From: Tubiluchus corallicola
Lineage: Eukaryota > Animalia > Priapulida
DNA: 64,000 nucleotides
Reading direction: 5' to 3'
NCBI GenBank assembly: GCA_030141605.1
Contig: JAQGDQ010000212.1
Location: 124,001-188,000, forward strand
Shown: positions 12,601 to 26,050 of the stretch, piece after piece
Numbering within the stretch: position 1 is the stretch's first letter
Layout of the letters: the number at the start of each line of letters is the position of its first letter
The notes under the pieces: model-generated
The model's database searches: none
What the model saw: the letters and a program-made list of their open reading frames with translations, nothing else
Told to the model about the DNA's origin: nothing
Program-made: the position numbers and the translations under genes

Positions 12601-15600
12601 CAAACAGTTTCCCCATCTTCAAAAAAATTTCAGTTTCTTCCCCACTCCTCGGATTGTTCCCGTATTCTGGCGGGATTATAATTAGGAATAGGGCTGAGTT
12701 TGGAGATACGAAAAGGTATGGTGGTGAAAGTATTATAATCAGCCTTTTCACATACTAATAACAGGTTTTTCGTAATCTTCCTTTAGATACAAAAAACCTT
12801 CAGTCTAATAGCTTAAAAGCTCCCACATTTTAAGAGCAAACAAAAGTAAGTAGAACTTTTACAGGTTCATGGCATCTGATTTCTTCAGTTGTAGATAATA
12901 GCCCTTCAGTAATAACGCCGTTCTCGGTGATTACAATTCTGAAACTATTTTAGATTTTGGGAAATCTCTTCTTTGAGAAATGTGTGATAATAATGGATGT
13001 AATGTATACGCTCAAACCAAAGTTCCGTTCCCATATCTATGTTAGTTTATTCTGCAAAAATAATGTAACATGCTGGTCATTTTCCCCCAGAAAGTCTGAT
13101 GAGAAATAACGTAATGATGGTGTTATCAATAATAATAATCAATATAGCAACCAAGATGGTTCAGTTGCCCTTTAAACCCAAGATTTAGGAATTTAAGTGC
13201 TGCGGGTTGGTTTATAGCATTCGATTTTGTGCGCGATATGAAGCCGTCTGATCAACTTGTGAATGCAGAGAGGTGACCCAGAAAACTCGTCACGAGACAG
13301 GTGTACAAGGTAGAAAACAGTTGAGCTTTGGTATTGGACCTGAAAACATTACATAGGTCAGACTTTTCGTAATGGCAGTTTTGCTGAACTTTCGAACGAA
13401 AATGTTTTTCCATTTTACTACTTTTGATCGCTGCCCTCATAGTTGATGGGTGAGGATTTTGGACAGTTAATGGACTCCCAAGCACCCGATGTTATGGTGA
13501 TAGTACTTGTGGCTGGAGGACTACCGGTTGAGCGATAGACGAGTTGGACACGACAGTTCTCTTGTTTATTTGAGGCCAGCAAGAGGTGTCTAGAGCTTCA
13601 GACTATTTCACGGGATCCCGATCTGTAATTTGATTTATTCTTTGCCTTACTATGCAGGGTGTCATGGGTACAGATGGACTAATGGTTTTCACAATTGATA
13701 AATGTTCAATATGAGCGTGATCCTACACGAGTTGAAGTCATGTCAGACATTGAAATTGTGTATGAAGTTTAGCAACGAAATGTTTCATGGATGCTGCTAA
13801 TTTACACGTGACGTCACAGCCCTGAATGCTACTTTTAACTCATTAACTTGCTAGCATTTTCCCACGGGTGGCTGGTAGTTAAGATAAGCCCTTGGACGAA
13901 CATTTGCTACCGTTAGTTTAGCTTACGTCCAATGGAAATATTACCAAGACATTATAATATGTTAGTTATGAACACTATATATTTTTGGTGATATTGCTGA
14001 ATTTTGCTTTCAATTTTGCCCAATAACGTTTTCTGATATTTTTGCCAATGTTTTGTTTCGATATATTGTGCTTTAATGACATATTTCGTCGGTTTGATTT
14101 TCGTGCCTAATGTTTTGTCATTAAACGTGATTACAGTATACTATAATTATTATTGTTGCATCATTGTCCTGTTGCATTTAATTCGATTAACCGATAAGTG
14201 CTAATACAGAATCCCACAAGAACCAATACCATCTTGAAGTGGTAGCGCCCCCCCCCCGTAGACTACCCTTGCTGCGAAGCCACTATCTGGAGTTTGTGGG
14301 CAGATCCCTCTTTAGAGTAAAATTTTATGTAAACTTATTGCTCGGCCAAGGAATCTCCAGTGACTACCTTACATCTAGTCAGGCCTGCCCTATCTGCACT
14401 AGTCGTAACAAATACAAAATTTCTGTAGTCTACAATTACTACATCTACAAATTTACTGAAATAAAAGTGCTAGAAAATAAGTGCTACAGATTACTACGTT
14501 ACACTAAAAAGCTAACAATATTGAGTCGAGAAAAAGCCAGAATGTCAGTAAAAGGTAGCAGTATAATCATGTCAAATTTTTAAATATAACAAGACGCGTG
14601 TCAAGTTTAAATATAACAAGACGCGTGTCAAGTTCCACCTATACAATGTCAGAGTAGAAAAAGTAGTCTAGAGGTTGAGCTACAGTCTAATATATTGTGG
14701 CTTCTAATGCATATACTACCCTGAGTAATGGACCAAAAAATTTGCACCTGCAACAATGAACAATACCATCTCAACGCCCGTTTCATTGGCATGGAGGACG
14801 CAAGAAGAGCAAACTGACAATTAATAAATACATTCTGCAGTTTCTATACCTTCATCTAACTATTGAACTGCAGGCGGTACCTCGCCCGCAAGGTCTAAAA
14901 CTACCCAGGTTAGTTCGGCACCATCAGATACGGAGGCTAAGCAGACTTGAACTCTTCTGCAATCCATCCACGAAACAACAGATTGATGTGTGAGAAATAT
15001 TATATATATAATAATCTTTATTTGCCAATAAAAACATTGATAATCACTGATAAAAAACTTTACAGAGATAATCAATCAGTGTTAATTAATGAAAACTTAC
15101 ACTGCTGAAGAAATAACACCTTTATTGGCAAATTACATGGAGCAGATTGAAAAATAATGATGAAATACAGTTCACACCGTGTATTACAGTAACTGGACCA
15201 ACAAAAGAGCAGAGACGACCGCTTTTATACAGGCCAGATGCATAACTTGGCTTCAACAGAAACTTACATTTTGCGTGAAAGGGGTGTTCAGTATACTATT
15301 TTCTGTATGACCATATATGTATGTGACAACATACGCATATTTTACTAGTAATTGTAAATACGTTTTTTGTCCCTGTAATGTACGTTCTTTTATATGGTAC
15401 TTTTTGTGCAGAAATAAAGATATAAATAAAAACAATAAATAAAGTTTTACCACATAATGAATTTTATTTGTAGCACTGAATAGACGACAAATTTTATTAA
15501 TCAGTTAGATCTTAGCTTACTTGTACTTGATCTTTCAGATCTGAAGATGATGATGATAAGTTTTTATTATTCTCTGTTTGCAGGGAAAATTTTCTGTACA

Positions 15601-17054
15601 GATTTAAACAGTTTCACATACACACTAGATAGAGTGAATATTACAACATTACATGTTAAGCATTCTGTAATTAGCTTTTTTCATGATGCGTATAACATTA
15701 TTTAGACTTCAGATATATAATATTAACATTAAACTAATAATCCGCTGGAAATGAAGCAACACTTATTTTGAATTTGCGTTGGCATGGTATTCTGGGCAAT
15801 TCTGACCATTTTACAGTTGTAACACTTTTCAGTGTGAAGCGGGACTTAATAAAGGATTTTCAATGGACACCTTGCAATTAGTTAGGTAAATTCAACAATT
15901 TTGACTGTCAAGCAAAAACAGCCTTTCATCTGAAAGTTTGTAATTAGGTAAACTAAAATTCTTTCGAAGGTCTGAAACATGTCAATATATATGCGTATAT
16001 GCATTATTTATGATATTAAACACGGAGTAATAAAGTAAGTACTAAAATCAATGTTGTTAATGAAGCAAGTTTCATTTCTAGTAACATAAAAACGCAATTA
16101 AATTAATAAACGAAAAATCACTTTTTTACAAAGTGTCGAAGTATCAATGTTACCTTACTTTACCTTACTACTTAATAAAATCCATTTACGACATCATTAT
16201 TTTTTTTCATCAATAAACATACTTATGACATTTATCAGACTAATTTCAAAAACTATAACAAACTAGAAAAATTACCAAAATTGTATTTCTTATGACTATC
16301 TTCAATTCTTTATCTATATTTCGTTATCTACATGTTGTAAATTGACAGATCGCGAGTAAAAAGAATTTTAGAAATCTTCATGCGTCGAGGACATTATTTT
16401 GTTCACCTCTGTTCTACTGGTTGTTGAATAGCTACTTCTTCACTGGACTACCATCAGGTAGTCTGTACACAAATGGCGCGTTTTATTTTCCTTGCTCATT
16501 TTAGAAGAATAATTCTATACTCGTTACCATGGGAATTAGTCTGCATCATCATCTCCTGAAAGTGCGTCATGACACTTTACGTCATTCATATGAAGATAAC
16601 AATCGTTGCCATGGCAACGACTGTTCTTCTTTCTTGCAGTGACGTGATAGATGTCAGCCTTTGTTCGGCCTCATTTCTTTCTGTGCTGTCGATGCGGAAA
16701 GAAGTATATATTATTATTATTATTATCTGCGAGTCATTTTCTGCGTTTTATTGGGCTACCATGGGATGTTTTAGTTTCTTGTGCAACCGCGAGCGCCGTG
16801 AGGACCGTGAGGACCAACCGGTGCCTATACGCTGGAGGATCCGGACTATATGGTCTAGGACCCGGGGGCGCGTTGCTCCTATGCCCTCAGTCCAATCCTC
16901 GTCTGGGACCTCCACGCGTTGTAGTGGTGAGGGAGAGTCTTCCGGGACAACCACGGGGGCGGTTCGTCTTGGAAGCTCGAGTAGCATGGGTCTCCCTCTG
17001 GTTGAGTGCTGAATGTCATTCTTAAGTACTAACCTTACCGTACCATGCTCTCAC

Positions 17055-17543
17055 ATCTGGGCTCTGGTCAGGACAGCCACTATTGGACTGTCAGAGCCCA
17101 GTTGGGAGGCGGGGTTGAGAGGAAATCTGGGCTTTGGTCAGGACAGCCACTATTGGACTGTCAGAGCCCCGTAAGTTGGTAGGTGGGGTTGGGCGGAAAT
17201 CTGGGCTCTGGTCAGGACAGCCACTATTGGACTGTCAGAGCCCCGTAAGTTGGTAGGTGGGGTTGGGCGGAAATCTGGGCTCTGGTCAGGACAGCCACTA
17301 TTGGACTGTCAGAGCCCCGTAAGTTGGTAGGTGGGGTTGAGCGGAAATCTGGGCTCTGGTCAGGACAGCCACTATTGGACTGTCAGAGCCCCGTAAGTTG
17401 GTAGGTGGGGTTGGGCGGAAATCTGGGCTCTGGTCAGGACAGCCACTATTGGACTGTCAGAGCCCCGTAAGTTGGTAGGTGGGTGGGTTTGAGCAGAAAC
17501 TGGGCTCTGGTCAGGACAGCCACTATTGGACTGTCAGAGCCCG
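17055..17543 (+). repeat. Tandem array of ~6.6 x 74-bp GC-rich hairpin-forming units
   Basis: Unit atctgggctctggtcaggacagccactattggactgtcagagccccgtaagttggtaggtggggttgggcggaa, starting at 17055, 17125, 17199, 17273, 17347, 17421 and ~17499. Confidence 0.95.
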
Positions 17544-17566
17544 GTGCCTCGGGGGGAGGGGGGCCT

Positions 17567-17745
17567 GGCTCGCGGTAGTGCGTGCACTACAGGGGTGTGT
17601 GATGCGTTAGGCGTAATTGCCTACTAAAGCTAACTGTAGACGAACAGTTGGCACACAGCCTCTCCACACCCAAGACTCCTGCGTAACCTCCACGAGGTGC
17701 GAGCTGGTAACTGCCCCATTACAGGAGCAGGCTAATCAGCAGGGG
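17567..17745 (+). ncRNA. HDV-like self-cleaving ribozyme, probably at the 5' end of an RTE-type retroelement remnant
   Basis: P1 ggctcgc (17567-73) / gcgagct (17699-705) with G-U at the cleavage site. P3 acc/ggt around L3 tccacga. P1.1 cc/gg (17706-07). P4 ctgc...gcag. J4/2 gCtaa (C17732). P2 ctcctgc(gt)a / t(ca)gcagggg. Confidence 0.8.
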
Positions 17746-18306
17746 ATCTCGGAGCAGTATGGAGCCCCAGAGGTGCAGTGCTGAAAGGCACTCACCATTC
17801 CATTCCCCAACTATGGGTTAAATAGCATAATATATTTCAGAGCAGATCTACGTGTACTTAAAAACAGAAGTTTTTTTTGGTATTTTCTCTCATTATAATG
17901 GAAATTAAGTTTAATAAAAAGTTAACAGATTAACTGTATTGTTTACTGTTTTTTTTTTGTTTGATTTTTGTATGTATAGTAGATGAAATGCTTTTAATTG
18001 TTTGCAATATTTATGCAGAAAATCGACTTTAAATGAAATTTGTTTTGTCTTACTTTATTTTATCTTACGTCTTCTCCTCTCCTTTCCTCTCCCCGTTCTC
18101 TTTATTATTGTAACACAAATTATTTTTATTGTAGTTTTTGTTTTTGTGTAAGAGTGTGTGATTTTTTTTGTATTGATTTTTCTTTTTATATAATGTTGTA
18201 TATAATTATGTAATATAATTATAATATGAGCTTCAGTTTGAAATAAAAGATTAAATCAAATCAAATTCTCTCAGTTCGTATCTCGTTTCGATTCTTTCGT
18301 CTAGCA

Positions 18307-18799
18307 CAGGGGTGTGAAAATGATCTGACTAGCCGGGCCACATTAAACTTTCCCACAATTCCTGCGGGCCACAGGCAGTTTGATCAAGGAGCCAAGTACA
18401 GAAAGGCCTAATTTTTTGCATTCGACCTGCGTACATCATTACTACTACACTCAAGAAACTATTTTAGAAGTTATTAAAATTTATATTACAAACCATATAT
18501 TTCTACTTTCAGGACAGATAGTGGTATTTTCATTACAATGCATATCAGTAATGTGTATCACACAGTCTGTGTAGTACAGTGACACTAAGCTACAACCGTC
18601 TTGTAAGGGTTAATGGCATCCGATCTAGTAGAAAAAACTACCCGCATTATCTTTGGGATCGTGGCACGGACTTCAGCTGGATACAGCCAATTAATCACCC
18701 GGGCCGCACTTTCATTAGGTTGACAAATCTCTTCGCGGGCTGCACAAATTCTCTCGGTGTACCGCAAGTGGCCCGCGGGCCGCAATTTGGACACCCCCG
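18307..18799. mobile_element. hAT-Charlie-like MITE
   Basis: TIR caggggtgt / acacccccg, perfect 8-bp TSD gtctagca, and subterminal ggcccgcgggcc motifs. Confidence 0.9.
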
Positions 18800-19026
18800 G
18801 TCTAGCACATCTTCTGATCTTACGTTAATTTGAATGCTGATGAACATGGAAAATGATTTACATCATAAAATTTCCGTACAAGGCAGTGGTGGATAAAGCA
18901 CAGGCTTTATTAGTTGAGGGACCTCCAAAGATTACATAAAGTTAAATTACTACAAAATGATAGCAGAATTGTGATGAATTATCTCCTTGAAAAGGGCTCA
19001 ATTACTTAATATACCGTAGAACAATA

Positions 19027-19400
<374 letters not shown>

Positions 19401-19422
19401 ACAATATTAGTATTAAAAACTT

Positions 19423-19872
19423 GATACTATCAAATTTGAAGGCAGAAAATGTGAAAAGTTGAGATATTCTACAGCCTGGGCTTGAACCAAGGACTTCTGT
19501 GCAAAAAAACAGAAGCTTTAGACCATTAAGGCACTGTGTCCCACAGCCAACACAGTCAAGTGTTCATCCCTTCTAGCTGAACTTTTGAATTCGGCATATT
19601 CAACGCGAATTCTCGGCTCACACTAATCATATTATAATTAGTTAATTACTTAATTAATTTAATTAATTAGAATCTCACTAGTGCGAGCGATCTGATATCG
19701 TATTTGCTGAGTTTGATTAGCCAGCTATATGCTATAAGCATTGGACTGCCATGCTGACTAAATCGCTATATATATGGAGGTATAGACGCGTACCTTATAA
19801 ACAGAAGGCCTCTGGTTCAAATACAGGACGTACCCCAACTTTTCACCTTTCCCGTCTTTCAAATTCAGTATC
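19423..19872. mobile_element. Fold-back element with degenerate inverted arms containing tRNA B-box-like motifs
   Basis: gatact..aatttgaaggcagaaaatgtgaaaagttg...cttgaacc versus ggttcaaatac...caacttttcacctttcccgtctttcaaattcagtatc. Confidence 0.5.
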
Positions 19873-20103
19873 GAAATTAATTGTGAATTTGTTCTACAGC
19901 AGTTTTAGTCAATTTATTGGCTACATGATTAGCAGAAATAATCAGAAAACGGAAATTACCTGCAACAAAAGAGCAGCCCAGCGCGATATACCAGTGATGC
20001 CACGCTAGAGCTTTTACACGTTGTACTTCGTTACTAATATTTTTCATCTGTAAAGTATAATGCATTCAAGTAAGTTATGCACAAAGCTATGATTTGAGCT
20101 TAA

Positions 20104-20559
20104 CCCTTTCATACCCGTTGTATCCCGTGGGATACGAGAATATTTTCTGCCTTTAAAATTAACAAAATTTTAAAACTGACAGTTATTTGATCTGTTAATA
20201 GTTATTTTGATTGAAGCCAATAACAATAGACTAAAAATGGTCATAAAATGGCAAACTAGAAAATCTACATAGCATAAAAAACTGTGCAAGGTACAGTACT
20301 TTTGAGACGACTTTGTACAGATCAGCATAGCGTGCATACTAAATGTCTTAAATACTTGAAAATTTTATCAGCAGTTGCAAAATGAAGCACATTGGATGCT
20401 TCCATTGAATTCCAATGTATCCCGTGGGATACAGACTATATTTAGCACGCGGACAGGTAGAAAAATATAATTATTATGTGTAAACAAGATGGACATACTG
20501 AACAAAAGTACCAAGCCAAAAAAAATTTCTTATTAAAAAATAATTTGGGACTGAAAGGG
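20104..20559. mobile_element. piggyBac-like MITE
   Basis: ttaa|ccctttca ... tgaaaggg|ttaa. The internal palindrome gtatcccgtgggatac occurs twice. Confidence 0.85.
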
Positions 20560-20829
20560 TTAAGATAAAAAATGCTTCAGCGAATAATCCAGTTTTTCCA
20601 TTACTGTCGTAAATACAGCGAGGTCACACATGCGCAGTTTCGTTCCATACGGGACGTCACTTCCGTTTGCTTCCACGATTTTTCGTTTTTCGCAAGATGT
20701 CTGTGCGGCGAAGTGTTTCAATGCTAACAAAAGCAAAATTCGCGAGTTTGTAAAGAAGAATAGCGGCTTTTTTGTATCAGGTTGTCAATTTTGACATCAA
20801 GTGTCTACCAGGATGTCGGTGGACCTTTA

Positions 20830-21500
20830 AAGAGCAATAAAAGGGGTACCCGAAGTAGGTTTCAGAAAAATCGCCTTAAACAATTATATTACTTTATAGC
20901 AATTTTATGCGTATATCTTACTCACACTGAAAGGAATTTTAGTTTGTTTTCATTTTAAATCTCCCGCAATACTGTTCCGACGGCGCCATTACATGACGTC
21001 ATGTACCAAACGTAAATCAAGGGAAGAAAAGGCAATGTTAAATTATATCTCAAAAGACTTTCCCTGCAAATCTATATTACTTAGATTTTCGCTAACGTGC
21101 TAGAAAGACTTATGTAACTAGAAAAGAAAATTATTAATTATTTAAAAAATTTTCACCAATTGGTAAAATGTCGCTGACTCACCCTCCAGGGTGCACCACT
21201 CACTAACCAAAAAACGTATTTTTAATCTTATTGACAAGATAATGTAATTTTAAATTTTATTTAGTTAGTGACTTGTGCGTTACGAATGCTCTGATTATTT
21301 TTTCAAACTTTACAAAATGTTATCTAAACTTGTTTCAAATGACCTGTCGTGAAAATGATTGCGTCTAAATTTCTATGTTTTATACAGCGTGACTGTCAAA
21401 TGAAGTCGTGCATGCAAAAAGGCAGTATGTAAGTGATATAAAATTTCAAAACGATTTTTAAGCTTTATGTTTATGAAGGGTTTTCTTGTGCCTTAAGCTA
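20830..21500 (+). repeat. Interspersed repeat family; related copies at ~32330-32690, ~37620-38520 and inverted ~51180-51510
   Basis: Shared segments such as cccagtgtgcaccact..caccaaaaaac, ttttacttagttag and ttttatacagcg..actg. Confidence 0.6.
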
Positions 21501-21579
21501 AAAATAACTTCAGTACATTATAAAGTACGATTTTTACACATTTACATATGTTAGCGCCAACTATGGTTCTACTTCGTGG

Positions 21580-22700
21580 TTGGATCACTGTGTTCTTGCA
21601 TTGGCAGTGGACAATTTAACTGTACATTGTTATGTACTAACTGATTTGTGCTTTGATGATCACACGAGAATCGAATATACTTATATTGTTTAAGAAATGA
21701 AATCGAAGACGAATTACACGTTGTTACAAAATGCCCATATTACAATGATCTTAGAGGAAAATTATACAATCACATCGATGTGGTAAAACCTGAATTTTAC
21801 CTTATGAGTGATACTGGTTGTTGGTGTCAAGCAATTTAATCTAGCATTCTATAATTATCTGTTTTCTTTTCGCATTTTTACAAGCATGCATTTCCTGAAA
21901 CTGTTTAAACGAAGCCAGCCTTGGATAAGACCTAAGCTTTAGTAGTATACGCCACATATCAATCACACTTATTCTTACACGTAGTTACATTTTCTGTTGC
22001 CGCTATGTTGATCATGCCGTTTGGTGATACTTGCATTGCTTTGTCTATTTTGTTGCAATTTAACAGTCACTAGTCGTATTTTCAAGCCAAAGTTGTCACC
22101 AGTAAATATAAGTCACCATCTACTTTAATAATAAGTTAATAGTTTAAATTGGTTAGAATTGCTTCAAATCTGTAGAATCACGAAGTAATAATTTGTGTTT
22201 CAGTCTTCTTAAATCTAATTTTTAATTTTGTCTAAATAGTAATAAGCTTTAGCACGTTCTTAAGCACTTTTTGTGATCTGTTATTTTAATAAATTGCAGG
22301 TCTATCGTACAGCTCAATGCTGATTTTTGCCGTTTCTTTGCCTGGACTGGGCGCATCCAAACTGGTAAATTTTTATTCCTGGTTGGAAGTGATGATTTAC
22401 AAGTAATTAAAGCATTATTGATTATGTTGAAAAAGCGTTTTTAAGACATGATGAACAATATACTATGTAATGATCATATCATCGAAAATGAGGCCTGATG
22501 AATGAAAGTTTATTTTAAAAACTAATCATTAAACTTTTCATTTAAATAACTAAAATAATTAACAGGAAGATTTAATAATATTCATTTTATAAGTAATTGT
22601 TTTGTTTGTCTGTAGCGTCATATTTCAAAATTGAAACTGTATGTATGTCTTGTTTTTTCTTATATACAGTGTGCAGTTTTGGCACTAATAAATATATCAA
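21580..22700 (+). mobile_element. LINE 3' fragment interrupted by a solo LTR; its 3' UTR is repeated at ~47445-47720
   Basis: NEIEDELHVVTKCPYYNDLR (LINE C-terminal Cys/His motif). The sequence ttgaaaaagcgtttttaagacatgatgaaca... is shared with 47447. Confidence 0.65.
21819..22361 (+). mobile_element. Solo LTR (copy 2)
   Basis: tgttggtgtc...gcatccaaa with perfect 5-bp TSD ctggt. Homologous end-to-end to 7868-8389. Confidence 0.75.
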
Positions 22701-23477
22701 TATCCACGCCTTTTACTATAAATTTTGATTCTGATGACGTCATAGAGGGCGACAGATCTGTTACAACTACTGACGCCTTATCGCATGTTTCAGTCTTCGA
22801 CGCTCAGAATATAAGCAAATTTAATTGGGATGATAATCATTGCTTGCTACACAAAAACTTAACCAACCTTTCACTGCAAAGTCTTGGATTAGATATAGGC
22901 ATGTTAACTTGTAGAGAACGTTACGTAGTTATAAGCAATCCATAAATAATGTGTATAATTGTGCATTAATATTAAGAAAATATTGAGCTGAACAGGGAAC
23001 AGTGCATTATACAGTTCTGTTCATAGGCACCAGGCCAGCCAACCTACAGGTAATGTTACGACCTCCAGTTTAAACTAGGAAGCCCATAACATTACCTGCG
23101 ATTGGTTGAGCAGTGGTTTCCTGTGGAAAGAACGAACACGTGACATCATAAGTTTTCTTCTGGTTGTCGTGGAATGCAGTTCTCCTCTCTGCCTGCCGAG
23201 TGTCGTGGATTCCGTAAGGTTTGAAGCATTGCATTGTCATCAGGTTTTGTTTTTGTGTTGCTCTTCTCAGCCGTCCCTATTGAATTCTAAGTTTTGGTTT
23301 TGTTGTTTCTTTTTTTTAAATTTCTGGAGTGTCCGTTCTGCAGCGCTTGCCCGCATCACCGATGGCGGGCCATAAGGCTCTCTACCTGGTCGAACCCCGG
23401 AACAATATTATACCATGCCGTTAGTGAGCGCATATTTGTCCAGCAAATCTTAAACAATTGTGTCTTAACATCTTTAC

Positions 23478-24168
23478 TATAGGTTTTACACATCAAATGT
23501 AGACACAGGAAAGTTCAAATCTGACTTAGGTAAGTCAAATGTAGACATAGGAAATTCGAATGTGTTTTGGTAACTCAAATGTGACTTAGGTAATGTGAAA
23601 GTTGTAACTGTATATTTTTAGGTGCTGCCATCTATTGACTAATCACTTTAACGTTTTCTAGCTAAACTCACCCCTAGTACAATTGTTCGGTCCTGTGAAT
23701 ACGCATACTCACTGGATCTCCCCCTGTTTTACTGTAATGGTATTTGTGAAGCCAAGTTTTGCATAGTCCTCTACCTATATATACTAGCTGGATTTTACTC
23801 CTAGCCACTGTCTAAATCTTAGTGATCAGTGCAGGACACTCTGGTCCTCAGTGTGTAGTGTAGCAGTCATTTTACATATGTCTATGTAGTATAATAAACG
23901 TTTTCAGTTTTTGTGCAGATATGTAATATAGTGTTCATTCTTCTTCTACAACGTGTTCAACTACACAGGTAAGTCAAATGTAGACATAGGGCATTTGACT
24001 TGACATGTGTCTACATTTGACTTACCAAAAACGCTTAAGATTTGTTGAAAACCATTGTTAACACATTTCATCTGCCTGAGTCTACATTTGAGTTACCAAG
24101 ACACATTTGAATTACCTAAATCTACATTTGACTTAACGTAGGTCTACATTTGACGTGTAAAACCTATA
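23478..24168. mobile_element. TIR element with subterminal ~20-bp tandem repeats
   Basis: tataggttttacac(a)tcaaatgtagac / gtctacatttgacgtgtaaaacctata, with arrays of tcaaatgtagacataggtaa in inverted orientation at the two ends. Confidence 0.75.
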
Positions 24169-24570
24169 CAAAATGAAAAATTTCTAACAATTATAATGTT
24201 TGCTTTACCCGCAAGAAGACTGTCTTGCAATGATCGGCAGCCATATTTGTTGTAATATGCACCGGGGATTTATCTGAAAATGCAGGACCATGTCAACAAA
24301 AGGTACCGATTTCATATTTTGCGGTGTAACAGCTAGCAGCTTTGTGTTCAAGGTGACGTCATACCTCTTAGCAGACATTTGTTATATTATATCGAACAAA
24401 GAATTCATTGGCCTTACTGTGTTAGCTTTCCTTTACTCAGATAAACATTCATTAAGCAAACAAATGTATCATTTCCATTTTATTCCACAATTTTACATCA
24501 CTCTTTGTTCCTATGGTACTAGTTACAGCTAGATGAGCCATTCATAATCTCTAAACACATTATGTTTTAA

Positions 24571-25085
24571 AGGAAAGCCGGACGATTGTGTAGGCATTGA
24601 TTGAAAACAATGCATGTTCTAAAATATTGAAAAATACATTTTTTTATTAAATCAAAATCCCGGATAGTTAAATTTTCAAAGCTACGCGCGGTTAAGCGAA
24701 TCCACTAAGACTGGCAATGACGCCTTTTTGTCACATTCGCGTGACCGGCAAATAGGCGCGATACCGTGATAAGCGATCATGAATTGCAGTGTTCGTCTGT
24801 GACGCATCTGTGAAGTGGCGGTCATTTTCGTAGCATCACATCAGCGTCTTATAGCAATCTTTGCATAGACAAACTTGCTTGACGCGCAGGGAAGTTACCT
24901 ACCATTCCACTAACTGTGGTTAATTTGTGACGTAAGCGATAGCTGCGTTCGGTTGCCGCTAATTAATTTTCCAGTCTAATTATTCATTTACTAGTAACAA
25001 ATGCTAACTTTTATAGGCAAGAAAATGTATATTTTGGACAGTAAATTAAAATGAGATTGAGTCTAATCAATCGTCTGGTTTTCCT
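24571..25085. mobile_element. Kolobok-like MITE
   Basis: ttaa|aggaaagccggacgattg ... caatcgtctggttttcct|ttaa, i.e. a TTAA TSD with AG-starting TIRs. Confidence 0.8.
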
Positions 25086-25854
25086 TTAAGTGTGTCGGCA
25101 CTGTCGAAAGTAGCTGATTTGTTGAAATGGGTGTGCAAAGGATTCGTCCCCTCCCCCAACGCCATTCGTTTGGAAACGTCTGATAATAAGCCTTTTAACA
25201 CTTCCATCGATTGATGATGATGATGATGAAAAGGTCAAATGTTAAGTGTATCAAACAACGCATTTGGGTACACTTGACAACGTCTCGCAGCCCATGCTAT
25301 TGTAATGATAACGTGTTTTATCGGCTAGCTAAGACCTTACCTATTTCATTTTTTCCATTCAAGATCCTGTAGTAAATCACTCTGCGAACAGACTAATGCA
25401 TAATTAAGTATAGTCTACGTAAAACAATTGAAGTAACTGAACTGCTGCGGCAGATGGCTTTGCTTTACCCACATGTCACGTGGCGGTTGTAGTTAATATG
25501 CGTTGCTGTGGTACACATAACCTTTGACCTACAGCAACTGAACATGCGCACAACGAATCTGCGAATCAGGCTTATTTGGCTGTGTACAAATTGTGTTTTA
25601 CACTACGTATGATTTGTAAAATTTATTGAATTTTACCTCTTTCAGTTTTAATCTGATTTTAGGCAGATGATGCAGACTTTGAAACAAGTTTGGAATACTG
25701 TAAAATGGAACATTGTGCAAAGAATGCATGAATGTACCTCGCTGTTTTCATTGCAAGAGTTTTTGCATTGTTTATGTACTTAATTGTTTGTGATGACATC
25801 ACATGCGAGGTTTCCAGGCAAAAACCGAATGGCATAAAATCTAATGAATTTAGG

Positions 25855-26050
25855 TAAAATGGCATGTGGGAAATGGCACAAATGGAAAAGTAGGTAAGAA
25901 TTGCACAGGTAAAGATGGCAGAAGAAAAAATGGCACAGGAGAAAATGACACGATAAAAATGGCACAGGAAAAATGGCAAGGTAAAAGTGGCACAGAAAAA
26001 ATTGGCGCAAATACAAAAGTAGGTAAAGTGGCATAAGTAAAAATGGCACA
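25855..26050. repeat. Degenerate minisatellite (aaaatggcacagg-type units)
   Basis: Direct inspection. Confidence 0.85.

Noticed and set aside
12332-12758. Poly-T/V/M ORFs (also 19006-19424 and 44247-44884)
   Set aside because: These are trinucleotide microsatellite translations.
17055-17543. Possible CRISPR-like array of palindromic repeats
   Set aside because: The intervening sequences are almost identical rather than unique spacers, there are no cas genes, and the context is eukaryotic.
20620-20830. Promoter-like CpG patch (cacttccg, tgcgca) with a short ATG ORF
   Set aside because: No downstream exons were identified, and it lies between transposon copies.
23054-23404. Possible additional solo LTR (tgttacg...ggaaca)
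   Set aside because: No matching TSD and only one copy in the window.
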